DNA of 64,000 nt from the NCBI GenBank assembly GCA_963781925.1, contig CAWAHQ010000002.1, forward strand, positions 25,364-89,363. The letters run 5' to 3'. The position numbers and the translations under genes were made by a program. This DNA is from an uncultured bacterium (GTDB lineage Bacteria > Babelota > Babeliae > Babelales > Vermiphilaceae). Below the pieces are notes generated by a model, which did not search any database, was not told the DNA's origin, and saw nothing but the letters and a program-made list of their open reading frames with translations. Below are positions 44,533 through 54,816 of the stretch, in pieces (the stretch's first letter is position 1; each line of letters starts with the position of its first letter).

Positions 44533-45781
44533 TAGCATGGCGCACAAAAACAGATTCTTATTGCTGTTATTAGTCATCATTGCCCTTGTACTCGTCCTCT
44601 GCAGACCTGCCCGCCGTAGCTTTAGCGAAGGCGAACGTAAAAAAATTCTTATTTTAACAACTACGGGTTGGGGAAATTTCCAAGCAAGTAAAGCATTGGA
44701 GCACTATTTACAGAATGATTATCAGGTAAAATTGTGTTATGCGTTGAAAGATTTGCTTGCACCACTTGATCCTTTATATCACATCACTTCTCAACGCTAC
44801 CAAGGAGAAGAGTTCTATAATCTTTTTGTACCAGGAAAACATTTCCGCTTATTAGGTTGGATCTATTCACTCGGTTCATGGTATATCCAAGGGCAGAAGA
44901 AAAGGATTCATACGATATTTAGTAATTATTTCACCAAAATGCAACCCGATTTAATCATTTCTGTCATTCCCATCATTAATAATATTGTTCTTGATGTCGC
45001 ACAAGAATTGAACATTCCTTTTTTACTTGTGCCAACTGATTTGGATGTAACTCCCTATATTATCGATATAACAAACCCTACCTACAAAAAATTTTATATC
45101 GGGCTTCCGTTTGATGATGAAGAAATCAAAAAACCGCTTGTGGATGCACGCATACCCAACGAACAGATTTTTATTGTTGGTGCGCCATTAAAAACAGATT
45201 TTTTCACGTCCGCCGTCGCCGAGGCTATGGCGGACGTGTCCGCCGAAGTTTTAACGAAGGCGGATAAGCCCACTATTATGATTCTCATGGGATCCTATGG
45301 ATCTGATGAAATCACGCACTATGTCACTGAATTATTGAAAGTAGAAATGCCGATACACATTATTGCCTGTATTGGAAAAAATGAAAAAAGTAAGGTGCAG
45401 CTGGAAGCTCTTTCTATACCATCGCATATAAATCTTACCATTGTCGGATTCACTGAGCATATTGCCGATTATATGGCAGTATCGGATATACTTATCTCCA
45501 AATCTGGCACTTTAAGCGTCTGCGAAGCTTTATATATGAACGTGCCTCTCTTTCTTGATGCAACGTCGGCACTCCTGCCATGGGAAAAATTTAATCATCA
45601 TTTTATCAAAAAACATGGGTTTGGCGTGTGCATAGAAAATTTCCCCGATGTTGCCCCACTGGTGACTAAGATGCTGCAAGATAATGATTGGTTGCAGTTT
45701 TATAGAGAGAATAGTGCAAAATTGGAAAAGAAGGATTGTTCGCGGGAAGTTGTGGAACTGGTTGAGAAGATAATAAAATAG
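44525..45781 (+). CDS. GT28-family glycosyltransferase (MGDG-synthase / diacylglycerol glycosyltransferase-like) with an in-frame GC-rich hairpin insert
   Basis: N-terminal KILILTTTGWGNFQASKAL (MGDG_synth-like). C-terminal ISKSGTLSVCEALYMNVPL (GT-B C-domain). Confidence 0.55.
   Translation: MSNSMAHKNRFLLLLLVIIALVLVLCRPARRSFSEGERKKILILTTTGWGNFQASKALEHYLQNDYQVKLCYALKDLLAPLDPLYHITSQRYQGEEFYNLFVPGKHFRLLGWIYSLGSWYIQGQKKRIHTIFSNYFTKMQPDLIISVIPIINNIVLDVAQELNIPFLLVPTDLDVTPYIIDITNPTYKKFYIGLPFDDEEIKKPLVDARIPNEQIFIVGAPLKTDFFTSAVAEAMADVSAEVLTKADKPTIMILMGSYGSDEITHYVTELLKVEMPIHIIACIGKNEKSKVQLEALSIPSHINLTIVGFTEHIADYMAVSDILISKSGTLSVCEALYMNVPLFLDATSALLPWEKFNHHFIKKHGFGVCIENFPDVAPLVTKMLQDNDWLQFYRENSAKLEKKDCSREVVELVEKIIK
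45205..45268. repeat. GC-rich palindromic insert inside the GT28 gene (encodes TSAVAEAMADVSAEVLTKADK)
   Basis: Perfect 10-bp stem CACGTCCGCC (45205-45214) / GGCGGACGTG (45229-45238) around GAGGCTATGG, related to 41484-41530. Confidence 0.55.
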
Positions 45782-45810
45782 GCGCCGCATATAATGCGAC
45801 GCCTATTTTT
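45780..45810. terminator. Bidirectional terminator between the GT28 gene and the pal-like gene
   Basis: TAGGCGCCGCAT-ATA-ATGCGACGCCTA followed by T5. Confidence 0.55.
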
Positions 45811-45830
45811 AATTCTTATTTATTGAATGT

Positions 45831-46565
45831 TTACGTGTAAATCACGCGAACTTCAACACGGCGGTTCGGTGCACGATCTTGACGAGATCCATTGATCACT
45901 TTACCATTGACCATCACTGGACACTCTTGGCCACGACCAACAACTTTAATATTGCTGATACCCGCAGCTGCAAACTCATCAGCTATAACTTTTGCACGCT
46001 TTTCCGAGAGCAACAAGTTATACGGCGCTGATCCTTCTTGGCACGCATGACCTTCAACAATAACGGTTGGCTGTAGGCCGGCATCAGTTTCTGCAAGAAG
46101 CTCTTTCACTTGGGCAATGTCATAAACAAGAGCCGCTTTTTGGTCTGGTCTTAATCCATAATGATTGAATGAGAAGTAGATTTTCTGTAATTCATCATCC
46201 ATTTGGGCATCGATCCAGTTGAATGCTTCTTCTTGATTATCAAGATCGGCTTCATCAAGAATAAAGTCTTGATCGTCTTCTTCTGCTTTAAGCTGTGCTA
46301 AATACGCATCGATGTCATCAAGATTAAGCTCTTCTTCTTCGTCTTCGTCGTCTAAATCGCTAAAATCGATAGCTGCGATATCTTCATCTTCAGTTCCATC
46401 TTCGTCTTCATCAACATCGAGCGCTATTATTTCATCGCCATCTGGCGTTTCCATGTAGCGAGCTACAGAATTTCTTCTTTCAGACTGGGTCGTTTCTTTC
46501 TTTTTATCACGACAACCAGGAAGGGCTATCACAAGAGCCATCACCAAGAGAGACATCTTTTTCAT
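45831..46565 (-). CDS. pal: OmpA-domain lipoprotein (Pal-like) with a long acidic linker
   Basis: Lipobox LVIALPGC. D/E-rich middle. C-terminal OmpA-like EGHACQEGSAPYNLLLSEKRAKVIADEF...NRRVEVRV. Confidence 0.65.
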   Translation of the reverse strand: MKKMSLLVMALVIALPGCRDKKKETTQSERRNSVARYMETPDGDEIIALDVDEDEDGTEDEDIAAIDFSDLDDEDEEEELNLDDIDAYLAQLKAEEDDQDFILDEADLDNQEEAFNWIDAQMDDELQKIYFSFNHYGLRPDQKAALVYDIAQVKELLAETDAGLQPTVIVEGHACQEGSAPYNLLLSEKRAKVIADEFAAAGISNIKVVGRGQECPVMVNGKVINGSRQDRAPNRRVEVRVIYT

Positions 46566-46715
46566 TAAACTATCCTTAAAAAATATAGATTTTACCTCAA
46601 TTTACCTAATAGTGAACAGAATCTACCATATTTTTGACCATTTTTCTACCCAATATTACACATATTCTGTATATTAGATATAAAGATACTTATGTAACCT
46701 CTACCTAGTCAGATT

Positions 46716-48227
46716 ATGAAAAAAATTATTATCAATGATAATCCGTGGGAAATACGGATAGCTATCATCAACAATGGCAAACTGCAAAATATCTATTTTT
46801 CCGCCCCAACCCATGAAGTTCTCGAACGAGCTTACTTTAAAGGGCTGGTTACTAAGGTTCTGCCTGGCATTCAGACCGCCTTTATCGAATTTGGCCAAGA
46901 AAAGGCGGGATTTCTGCATATTTCAGAAATTGACCGTGAACTTGCCCTGCAAAAACTGAGTGATCAGCTGGAAGATGATGAAGATGAACCTAAAGTTGAA
47001 AAAAAGGTCACCCAGAAACGGGATATCAGCAAAATTCTCAAGGAAAATGAACCTATTCTTGTTCAGGTAAGCAAAGAACCTATCTACGAAAAAGGCGCAA
47101 AACTAACAACATGCTTCACTCTTCCTGGTAGATTTATAGTTCTGATGCCTAATATTCCCCGCATCGGTGTATCAAAAAAAATTGAAGACCGCGATGAGCG
47201 CATGCGTTTAAAAAATATTATCAGAACGCATCTTCCTGAAGGCATGGGCGCAATCATCAGAACCACTTCTGATGGCCGGCCAGAAACAGATCTTATTAAA
47301 GATCTTACTTTTTTGGTACAAGAATGGCACTCAATAGAGAAAAAATTTGCAACGGCCAAAGTTTCAGACAAAATACACCAAGATCTTCCGTTAGTGCTGC
47401 AAATCGTTCGCGACCATCTGGATAGTGATGTTGAAGCAATTATCACCGATTCAAAACAAAGTCAGAACGAGCTTTATAAATTTGCCAAGCAGGTTGCACC
47501 TGAATTTGCCCACGTTATCCAGGCATATGAAGACACGGTAAATATATTTTCTGCGTACGGCATTGAAAAACAGATTGAACAAGCGCTCAAGAAGAAGGTC
47601 TCTCTTAAATCTGGTGGATCGATCATTGTTGAATCAACAGAAGCAATGACGGTTGTTGATGTGAATACCGGCAGATTCATTGGAAAAACAAACCTTGAAG
47701 ATACCATTCTCAAGACAAATCTGGAAGCGGCAGAAGAAGTAGTACAACAACTAAAACTCCGCAATATTGGTGGACTGATTGTTATCGATTTTATCGATAT
47801 GGCAATTGCTGCTCATCGTCAAAAAGTCTTCAGCTTCTTTGAAAAAATATTAAAAGAACGAGATAAGTTTCAATCAGTTGTTCTGAAAATTTCAGAATTT
47901 GGATTAGTCCAAATGACACGCAAACGATCAGGAAAGACATTAGTACAGCAACTGACCACTGATTGCCCAGGATGTCATGGATCAGGATTTATTAAATCAT
48001 ATCAAACTGATAGTTATGCGATATTGCGCGCCGTTCGTGATGAACTGAAAACAGTACCCTCTGATAAAAAAATTGAAATTCATGTCAATCCTCACGTATT
48101 CAATTATATCACCTCAATAGAGTATGATGCCATTTTAAAACTGGAAAATATGTTTAAAATAAAAATAACGCTATTGAGCAACAAAGATTGTGCACCAGAT
48201 AAATACAAGATTGAAAAAAAACAATAA
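46716..48227 (+). CDS. rng: Ribonuclease G (RNase E/G family)
   Basis: S1 domain YFKGLVTKVLPGIQTAFIEFGQEKAGFLHISEI. DNase-I-like catalytic region VVDVNTG, IVIDFIDM. 503 aa with no RNase E scaffold. Confidence 0.85.
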   Translation: MKKIIINDNPWEIRIAIINNGKLQNIYFSAPTHEVLERAYFKGLVTKVLPGIQTAFIEFGQEKAGFLHISEIDRELALQKLSDQLEDDEDEPKVEKKVTQKRDISKILKENEPILVQVSKEPIYEKGAKLTTCFTLPGRFIVLMPNIPRIGVSKKIEDRDERMRLKNIIRTHLPEGMGAIIRTTSDGRPETDLIKDLTFLVQEWHSIEKKFATAKVSDKIHQDLPLVLQIVRDHLDSDVEAIITDSKQSQNELYKFAKQVAPEFAHVIQAYEDTVNIFSAYGIEKQIEQALKKKVSLKSGGSIIVESTEAMTVVDVNTGRFIGKTNLEDTILKTNLEAAEEVVQQLKLRNIGGLIVIDFIDMAIAAHRQKVFSFFEKILKERDKFQSVVLKISEFGLVQMTRKRSGKTLVQQLTTDCPGCHGSGFIKSYQTDSYAILRAVRDELKTVPSDKKIEIHVNPHVFNYITSIEYDAILKLENMFKIKITLLSNKDCAPDKYKIEKKQ

Positions 48228-48272
48228 ATATAAATCATCGCCCTCTTATCTTAATTTATGAATCTTAGTTTT

Positions 48273-48342
48273 CGCGCTCATCCTGAACTTGTTGAAGGAT
48301 TAAGCGCGCTTTGATCCTTCAACAAGTTCAGGATGAGCGCGG
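48273..48342. repeat. Family-1 palindromic element, full copy, between rng and gatB
   Basis: CGCGCTCATCCTGAACTTGTTGAAGGAT-taagcgcgctttg-ATCCTTCAACAAGTTCAGGATGAGCGCGG. Confidence 0.85.
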
Positions 48343-48365
48343 AGAATGGAATAAGGAATCAACCT

Positions 48366-49832
48366 ATGGCAGAACATATTACCTCAGTACTTGATAAATA
48401 TCCTGATTACGAAGCTACCATCGGCATGGAAGTGCATGTGCAGCTAACAACCAACACTAAAATATTTTGCTCATGTCCCAACTCGGTAGCGCAAGATCCT
48501 AATTCAAATATTTGCCCTATCTGCGCCGGATATCCGGGCACCTTACCAATGCTTAATGAAAAAGTTGTTGATTATGCAATTTTGGCAGGGCTTGCGACCA
48601 ACTCTACCATCAATGAAAATTCAACATTTGATCGTAAGCATTATTTTTATCCTGATTTACCAAAAAACTTCCAAATCACTCAACAAGCGGAACCAATCTG
48701 CACTGATGGATTTGTATCGATTCGCTTGGAAGATGGCAGCACAAAAAATGTTAATCTGATCCGCATTCACATCGAAGAAGATGCAGGCAAAAACATTCAC
48801 TCAAGCCACAGCAATGAAAGCTTTGTTGATTTAAACCGTGCAGGTACCCCATTACTTGAAATTGTCAGTTATCCTGATATTTCAACATCAGATGAAGTAC
48901 GCCGGTATCTCAAAACATTGCGCTCAATTGTGCAATATTTAGGAATTTGTACAGGTAACATGGAAGAAGGTTCTTTCCGTGCTGATACTAATATTTCGGT
49001 GCGCAAAAAAGGACAAAAAGAACTGGGCACTAAGTGCGAATTGAAAAACATCAATTCATTTAAATTTATTGTTGATGCAACTGAACATGAATTAGAACGC
49101 CAAATCACCATCCTAGAAGAAGGCGGTAAAGTACGCTCTGAAACACGTTTGTGGAATTCGAAAGAAAAAACAACAACGGTAATGCGTTCAAAAGAAGAAA
49201 CGGCCGATTATCGTTTTTTCCAAGAACCAGATCTTCCTCTCATACACATTACTGCTGAACGTCTTGAAAAAGCGAAAGCTTCACTGCCAGAGCTTCCTGC
49301 AGCAAAGTTTGAACGTTTCACCACTCAATGTGGTCTGAACGATTATGAAGCAGATATTTTGATAGAAGATATCGATCTTGCGCATTATTTCGATGCAGCG
49401 CGCGCACATACCACCAGCAAAAATCTTATTAATTGGATTTTGCGCGATCTCGTTGGATACCTCAAAGAAGAAAAAGTGGAACTTGCACGCTGCACAGTTA
49501 CCCCTGAACGCTTGGCACAACTGGTTAATCTGGTTGATCAGGGAATTATCAATACGCCAACGGCAAAAGAAGTATTACTATTTGTTGCGCAAACAAATAA
49601 AGATGCATTAATTATTATTGAAGAAAAAGGCCTCAAGCAAATCGGCTCTGTTGATGAATTGGATGCGATGGTACAAGAAGTTATCGCCGCAAACCCTTCT
49701 CAAGTTGCAGAATATCGCTCAGGAAAAGAAAAGTTATTTGGTTTCTTTGTCGGGCAGATGATGCAGAAGACAAAGGGTAAGGGAAATACCCAACTTATTA
49801 ATGATTTGGTTAAGAAACATTTAAATCAGTAA
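48366..49832 (+). CDS. gatB: Asp/Glu-tRNA(Asn/Gln) amidotransferase subunit B
   Basis: YEATIGMEVHVQL, CPICAGYPGTLP, RIHIEEDAGK, C-terminal YqeY-like domain. Start moved to 48366 because the ORF-track ATG at 48333 lies inside the repeat arm. Confidence 0.9.
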   Translation: MAEHITSVLDKYPDYEATIGMEVHVQLTTNTKIFCSCPNSVAQDPNSNICPICAGYPGTLPMLNEKVVDYAILAGLATNSTINENSTFDRKHYFYPDLPKNFQITQQAEPICTDGFVSIRLEDGSTKNVNLIRIHIEEDAGKNIHSSHSNESFVDLNRAGTPLLEIVSYPDISTSDEVRRYLKTLRSIVQYLGICTGNMEEGSFRADTNISVRKKGQKELGTKCELKNINSFKFIVDATEHELERQITILEEGGKVRSETRLWNSKEKTTTVMRSKEETADYRFFQEPDLPLIHITAERLEKAKASLPELPAAKFERFTTQCGLNDYEADILIEDIDLAHYFDAARAHTTSKNLINWILRDLVGYLKEEKVELARCTVTPERLAQLVNLVDQGIINTPTAKEVLLFVAQTNKDALIIIEEKGLKQIGSVDELDAMVQEVIAANPSQVAEYRSGKEKLFGFFVGQMMQKTKGKGNTQLINDLVKKHLNQ

Positions 49833-49838
49833 AATAGT

Positions 49839-49872
49839 ATCCCCCGCAATTATATATTGCGGGGGATTTTTA
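49839..49872 (+). terminator. Rho-independent terminator after gatB
   Basis: ATCCCCCGCAAT-tatat-ATTGCGGGGGAT followed by T4. Confidence 0.65.
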
Positions 49873-49949
49873 TATACCACAAAGTAGTTAAGAAACATTT
49901 GAAATAACAATATATACTCAATTATTTACTCACCTTGCAGGAAATACTC

Positions 49950-51722
49950 ATGAAGCACTTACTCTTATTTTCTATAATCGTAACTACATCAGCCTTACAT
50001 GCCATGGAAGCGGATAGCACCCTTCATCTTAAGCTTCAAAGCTATAAAAAAGTAAACCTTTTGGATAGCACCAAACCGAAATCAGAAATAAATATCGATC
50101 CTATCCCCGCTGATAGTTCATCATTCCACAAGGTTCTGTTTTATGTCGTATCCCATTCATCCTTTTGCGCTTATGATCTTGAATACGCTATTTTTAAACT
50201 CAACAGGTTTATTACACCGATAAGCATTGTAGATAAGTCAGCGAATGCGTATGTTAATCATCCGAATGTTATACGTCATATCATCGGCTCTATTTCTGAC
50301 AACAGATATCAAGACATTGTCGCAAAAGCCCTTACGCTTCCAGGAGCAAAAAATTATCTTAGACAAAGTACGTGTCTCTATGCTTTTTCCGTACAATTAC
50401 AGCCTGACCAAATACGCGAATATATAACTGCTGGTGCCGATCCCCTTTATTATCCATCAACCTCAAAGGTAGGATCTTTATCCTCTACTGCTGCCGTTCA
50501 TCGCAATCGCAATCGCATAGATAAACCCAAAGACCCATCAAAAACATTAATGGAATCATTACAAGAAGAAGTAAATGATATAAGAGCTGAAGTCGACAAA
50601 GACCGCAAACTACGCCCAGCCATTATGAGTGAAAATGAAAATCATATCATAGCAACTCTTAGTCAAGAAAACATAACACCCGATGAAGCATTGGATTTTG
50701 CAATGCGAATGGATAAAGCAAAAGCAGTATCTTTGCTTCTGCAATTGGGAGCAGATCCAAGACCACACCTTCAAAAACGGATTGACAACGACGTTATTTT
50801 CAGTATGTTATACTCCGCTCTGGATTGCGCACAAGATGTTCCTACCATTGCCCATTCCGATTATGACTATGTTGCTACAAAATCGGTGGCCGCGATAAAG
50901 CCCGTACAAGAAAAGCTACAAGAAGCACTTAAGAGTGAAGATCCGCTCCGTATCATCAAAACCATTCAAGAAGAAAAAGCAACTTTATTTGAAGCACTCA
51001 GAATCGCAATTTCATTGAATCTTGAAAAGAGCGTATCAATCTTACTAACAGCAGGAGCAGACCCAAAACCACATCTTCAAAAGCAGATCAAGAATGAGGT
51101 TATTTTCAAGGCTCTCTGCTCAGCTCTTACACTTGCACAAACTAATGCTGCAACTTTACTTGATGAACATACTCCTGAACAATCTAAAAAATTACAATTA
51201 GCCCTGGCAAGTAAAAATGAAGAATATGTCCTCGATGTTCTTCAACAAGAAAATATAAACCTTGACGTAGCTTTGAAACTTGTAGCAACGTTACAAAATG
51301 AAGATGCTATGTTGCTATTGTTTAGACTAGGAGCAAGACTCCAATCTCCTCTGAAAGACCTCAAACACCTTCATGACCAAGACAGATCCGAACTTCATCC
51401 ATTAATAAAGGAGAATTTGAAAAGCGCGGTACAACATAAAAATTTGAATAAGATGAAGTGGTTGTTTAAAAATGGAGCAAACCCAAACACTCATCTATAC
51501 GATACCGTTACGATGGCCATAAGCAACATATCAGATAATATCCTGAAAGATTTACAAAAAGATTTGGATATGATTGAGCTGATGTGCAATCATGGCGCAT
51601 ATGATCAGGAAATATACGATCAGGGAATAATCGATATTGTAGAAACTATGGAAAATATGCCTGCCCGATTGTTAGCATCCCTGAAAAGAGGCCAAACATT
51701 ACACAATATGTTCCAAAAATAA
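49950..51722 (+). CDS. Large exported ankyrin-like repeat protein, first member of the array
   Basis: Leader ...TSALHA-MEA. Repeated blocks AL.FAMRMDKAKAVSLLLQLGADPRPHLQK, ALRIAISLNLEKSVSILLTAGADPKPHLQK and ALKLVATLQNEDAMLLLFRLGARLQSPLK. Confidence 0.65.
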   Translation: MKHLLLFSIIVTTSALHAMEADSTLHLKLQSYKKVNLLDSTKPKSEINIDPIPADSSSFHKVLFYVVSHSSFCAYDLEYAIFKLNRFITPISIVDKSANAYVNHPNVIRHIIGSISDNRYQDIVAKALTLPGAKNYLRQSTCLYAFSVQLQPDQIREYITAGADPLYYPSTSKVGSLSSTAAVHRNRNRIDKPKDPSKTLMESLQEEVNDIRAEVDKDRKLRPAIMSENENHIIATLSQENITPDEALDFAMRMDKAKAVSLLLQLGADPRPHLQKRIDNDVIFSMLYSALDCAQDVPTIAHSDYDYVATKSVAAIKPVQEKLQEALKSEDPLRIIKTIQEEKATLFEALRIAISLNLEKSVSILLTAGADPKPHLQKQIKNEVIFKALCSALTLAQTNAATLLDEHTPEQSKKLQLALASKNEEYVLDVLQQENINLDVALKLVATLQNEDAMLLLFRLGARLQSPLKDLKHLHDQDRSELHPLIKENLKSAVQHKNLNKMKWLFKNGANPNTHLYDTVTMAISNISDNILKDLQKDLDMIELMCNHGAYDQEIYDQGIIDIVETMENMPARLLASLKRGQTLHNMFQK

Positions 51723-51753
51723 TGATTTTTACTACTAAGTACCAACTACCATC

Positions 51754-52563
51754 ATGAAAAATTCCATAACTATCTTTCTGCTCATTATTTCATTTTCTCA
51801 TGAAACATATTCTATGAAGCGCCATCGCACGAGTAACTGGCATACGCGCAAAAAAATCACTCCACTAAAAATGATAAAACCATCTGGGTCTATTGCTCAA
51901 CTGGAACAACCAGTTCTTCCTCTAGAAATCATAAAAAAGATATGTATTGATTTATTCAGGCGCTATCAGAACGTTCTCACTATGGAGACTAATATTAGAA
52001 AAATAGGTTCAATTAACAAACAATTACGCACGTTCATATGCCAACCTCGCACTATTTGCACCATTATTAATAATGTAGGAGGGTCTCCTTTTTTTGATTT
52101 TAAAGCATCTTTAGCAAATCAAATCAAAATCAAACCCATACAAAATTACTTACTACAATCGACATTATTGAACCTGAATATAATATCGCTTAATAGTGAT
52201 CAAATTAAAAAATCTATCATCAATGGTGCAGATGTTAATTATTGCAATTCCTTTATTAAAACAGGAACAATATGTAAACCTATTTTACTAAAAACCAAAA
52301 CCGATCACCGTAAAACACAATTGCTCCTGGAATTCGGAGCAGATCCGCATCTTACCGATAAACCTGATCAATCTTCAGCCTTTGGACAAGCCATTAGAAA
52401 GAAAAAATCTGAATTATTAAAGCTTTATATTAGCTACTGCCCTCAATACTGTAAGGATTACTTAGAAATTATATTAGCAACAGCAAATTCCACTATTATA
52501 CGCCTTATTCTACAACAAAAAAATATTCCTGAAATTCATCAAACCCGGCTTGCGCAGTTCTGA
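51754..52563 (+). CDS. Exported F-box-like/ankyrin protein, type A1
   Basis: Leader ...SHETYS-MKR. LPLEIIKKICIDLF...IGSINKQLRTFICQP. INGADVNY, LLLEFGADPHL. Confidence 0.6.
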   Translation: MKNSITIFLLIISFSHETYSMKRHRTSNWHTRKKITPLKMIKPSGSIAQLEQPVLPLEIIKKICIDLFRRYQNVLTMETNIRKIGSINKQLRTFICQPRTICTIINNVGGSPFFDFKASLANQIKIKPIQNYLLQSTLLNLNIISLNSDQIKKSIINGADVNYCNSFIKTGTICKPILLKTKTDHRKTQLLLEFGADPHLTDKPDQSSAFGQAIRKKKSELLKLYISYCPQYCKDYLEIILATANSTIIRLILQQKNIPEIHQTRLAQF

Positions 52564-52631
52564 TTTCCGAACGCAAAACTATGAGATAAAATAAGGAATT
52601 GCTCAACTCACTTAAACTTAACCAAAACACC

Positions 52632-53504
52632 ATGAAAAAAATAACATTTTTAATCAGCACTCTCTTCATCCACTCCATCACGGCTATGGAAGAATCGCAA
52701 TTATCTAACCGCATACTTGCCAATGATACTAAAAAATTGATTGTTCAGCACTATTTTTCCGATGCTCATCTGAATCTTGATAAAAGCAAGTTAGTTGATG
52801 AGAAAACAGCAAGCAAAGAAATCAGCCAATATTTGAAACATATTTGCCTTATTGATAAATCATTTTTTACCCATGCAAACGATAACGATATCATAAAAAC
52901 TTTTGTCAGAAAATCCTTTATCAGAAATGGATCAATCGACCTTCCCAACAGTCACTTATTTTTTGGCTTCCATGCAAAACTGCCAGGAATTATAAACTAC
53001 CGAACACAATGCAGAGCATTGGTAAGTCTTGTGCATTCAAAAACTTATGACCTTTTTTCTAAAAAAGCGCTGCGCACGCCAGAAATTATTGCTGAGACAA
53101 TACAAGCTATAAGAAAACTGGTAGCAGATGGTGCCGATGCTGCTTGTTGCCTTCATACCCTGGATGGAAGTTTGCATATGACAGTTACCCGGGACTATGA
53201 TGAATATACACAGCAATTATTAGAGCTTGGAGCCGATCCTAATTATTCTTTTAGTTCAATCTTAGGTTCTAATCTTAAAATTGCCATAGGAAATGTAAAT
53301 ATCAAAACGATAGAACTTTTACTGCATTTTGGTGCACGCAATACTGAGCTCGAATATGCGGTGGAAAGAGGCAATATGGAGATAATTAAGCTACTTATTA
53401 ATCGCCCCGATATGTCTTTTGAGCAATTAAAAAAAGGTATGGCTGCAGCTCACAAAAAAAATGATCCGAACATTCTAAAATTATTAACTGATGCCCAAGC
53501 ATAA
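52632..53504 (+). CDS. Exported F-box-like/ankyrin protein, type B1
   Basis: Start at MKKITFLISTLFIHSITA-MEE. KKLIVQHYF...ICLIDKSFF. LLELGADPNY, IELLLHFGA. Confidence 0.6.
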   Translation: MKKITFLISTLFIHSITAMEESQLSNRILANDTKKLIVQHYFSDAHLNLDKSKLVDEKTASKEISQYLKHICLIDKSFFTHANDNDIIKTFVRKSFIRNGSIDLPNSHLFFGFHAKLPGIINYRTQCRALVSLVHSKTYDLFSKKALRTPEIIAETIQAIRKLVADGADAACCLHTLDGSLHMTVTRDYDEYTQQLLELGADPNYSFSSILGSNLKIAIGNVNIKTIELLLHFGARNTELEYAVERGNMEIIKLLINRPDMSFEQLKKGMAAAHKKNDPNILKLLTDAQA

Positions 53505-53531
53505 ATAACATAAGTGGAATAAATAATACTC

Positions 53532-54431
53532 ATGAGTCACAACTTGAACCACATAATTATTTTACTATTCATCACATTGCTCTCACATAATACGCATTCT
53601 ATGAAGCGCACAGCTCAGCAAGAATTAGCACAGCCGATAGAACAACAAAGCATTAGATCTGCACTATCAACAGATCCATTGCTGCCAATAGATCTTATCG
53701 GATATATATTTGTTAGCTCTTTTAAAACAGAAAAAATCACAGAGCCGCCTCATATAATTCAAGATCAAATCAGAAGATTCTGCTTAGTAAACAAATCACT
53801 CTGTGCATATATATGTCAACCCGATACTATTCGCACTATTCTAAATAATGTTAATTATTACCTTAAAGACTCTATTGCAACACTTATTGGTACACCACAT
53901 ATGTGCAATTATTTAGAAAAATCAAAATCATTATATGATAAGATAGATACCTTGACAGTAGCTGATATTAGAGATCTTGTTAAGAATGGCGCAGATGTTA
54001 ATTATCACATAACTGACATAACACCTAGGCCTCCGCTATTATTAAAAACAATGCAAAGCTATGATAAGACATATTGCCTTCTTGAGTTGGGAGCCAATCC
54101 CCACTTAACCTGCTTGGATCTTCTATCACCTGACTGTGCTTTCAGAAAAGCAATCAGAGAGGAAAATATTGATATCGTAAATCTTTTTATTCAATATTAT
54201 CCCTATTACCATAGTTGCGGTGGAAGTAGTATTGACATAGCCTTAGACACGAAAAACATAACCCTCATAAAATCTGTTCTTACACAGAAGAATATTCCTT
54301 TGGATAAACTAAAAAAAGTATTATTCTATGCCCTTGATGAAGACATAGCCGAATTAAGGGAATTCTTGTGTGATCGTGGGATATGTATGACATGTCCAAC
54401 TGCTTGTCCGGCTGCTTATTGGCCATTCTGA
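53532..54431 (+). CDS. Exported F-box-like/ankyrin protein, type A2
   Basis: Leader ...SHNTHS-MKR. LPIDLIGYIFVSSF...FCLVNKSLCAYICQP. KNGADVNY, LLELGANPHL. Confidence 0.6.
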   Translation: MSHNLNHIIILLFITLLSHNTHSMKRTAQQELAQPIEQQSIRSALSTDPLLPIDLIGYIFVSSFKTEKITEPPHIIQDQIRRFCLVNKSLCAYICQPDTIRTILNNVNYYLKDSIATLIGTPHMCNYLEKSKSLYDKIDTLTVADIRDLVKNGADVNYHITDITPRPPLLLKTMQSYDKTYCLLELGANPHLTCLDLLSPDCAFRKAIREENIDIVNLFIQYYPYYHSCGGSSIDIALDTKNITLIKSVLTQKNIPLDKLKKVLFYALDEDIAELREFLCDRGICMTCPTACPAAYWPF

Positions 54432-54459
54432 AAAAAATACCCTAAAATAAGGAATTACC

Positions 54460-54708
54460 ATGACACGTATTATTCGTACTATCACGCTTGGGATATTTTT
54501 GTTGCCATGCTTTCTTGTGGGATCTGAAAATGCACCAACTGAAGCACAAAAAAAACAATGGGCAGCGGATGCCGAACGATATAAGGCCACGGTAATGGCT
54601 CTGGGTGGAAAATTTGCCGATTCCGATCATGCACATGATCCGAAAAAAACAGAACCGCAACCTTCTCAATCACCCAAAAAAATTCTCAATCGACCAGCCA
54701 AACTATAG
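54460..54708 (+). CDS. Small hypothetical exported protein
   Basis: 82-aa ORF. Leader MTRIIRTITLGIFLLPCFLVGS. Charged, Pro-rich remainder. Confidence 0.4.
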   Translation: MTRIIRTITLGIFLLPCFLVGSENAPTEAQKKQWAADAERYKATVMALGGKFADSDHAHDPKKTEPQPSQSPKKILNRPAKL

Positions 54709-54816
54709 ATAATATGTGTGCCCATGGAAAAAATCATCATCGCAATTCTCTTGCCTTCAAAAGATAAAGCAGTGATGAAACTGCTACTTGCATAAAAAAA
54801 ATGAAAATACAGAGCC

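Noticed and set aside
10644-48342. Whether the recurring palindromes form a CRISPR array.
   Set aside because: The copies are dispersed over about 40 kb and separated by genes, not by regular 25-40 bp spacers. Each is an inverted repeat and not a direct repeat. There are no cas genes.
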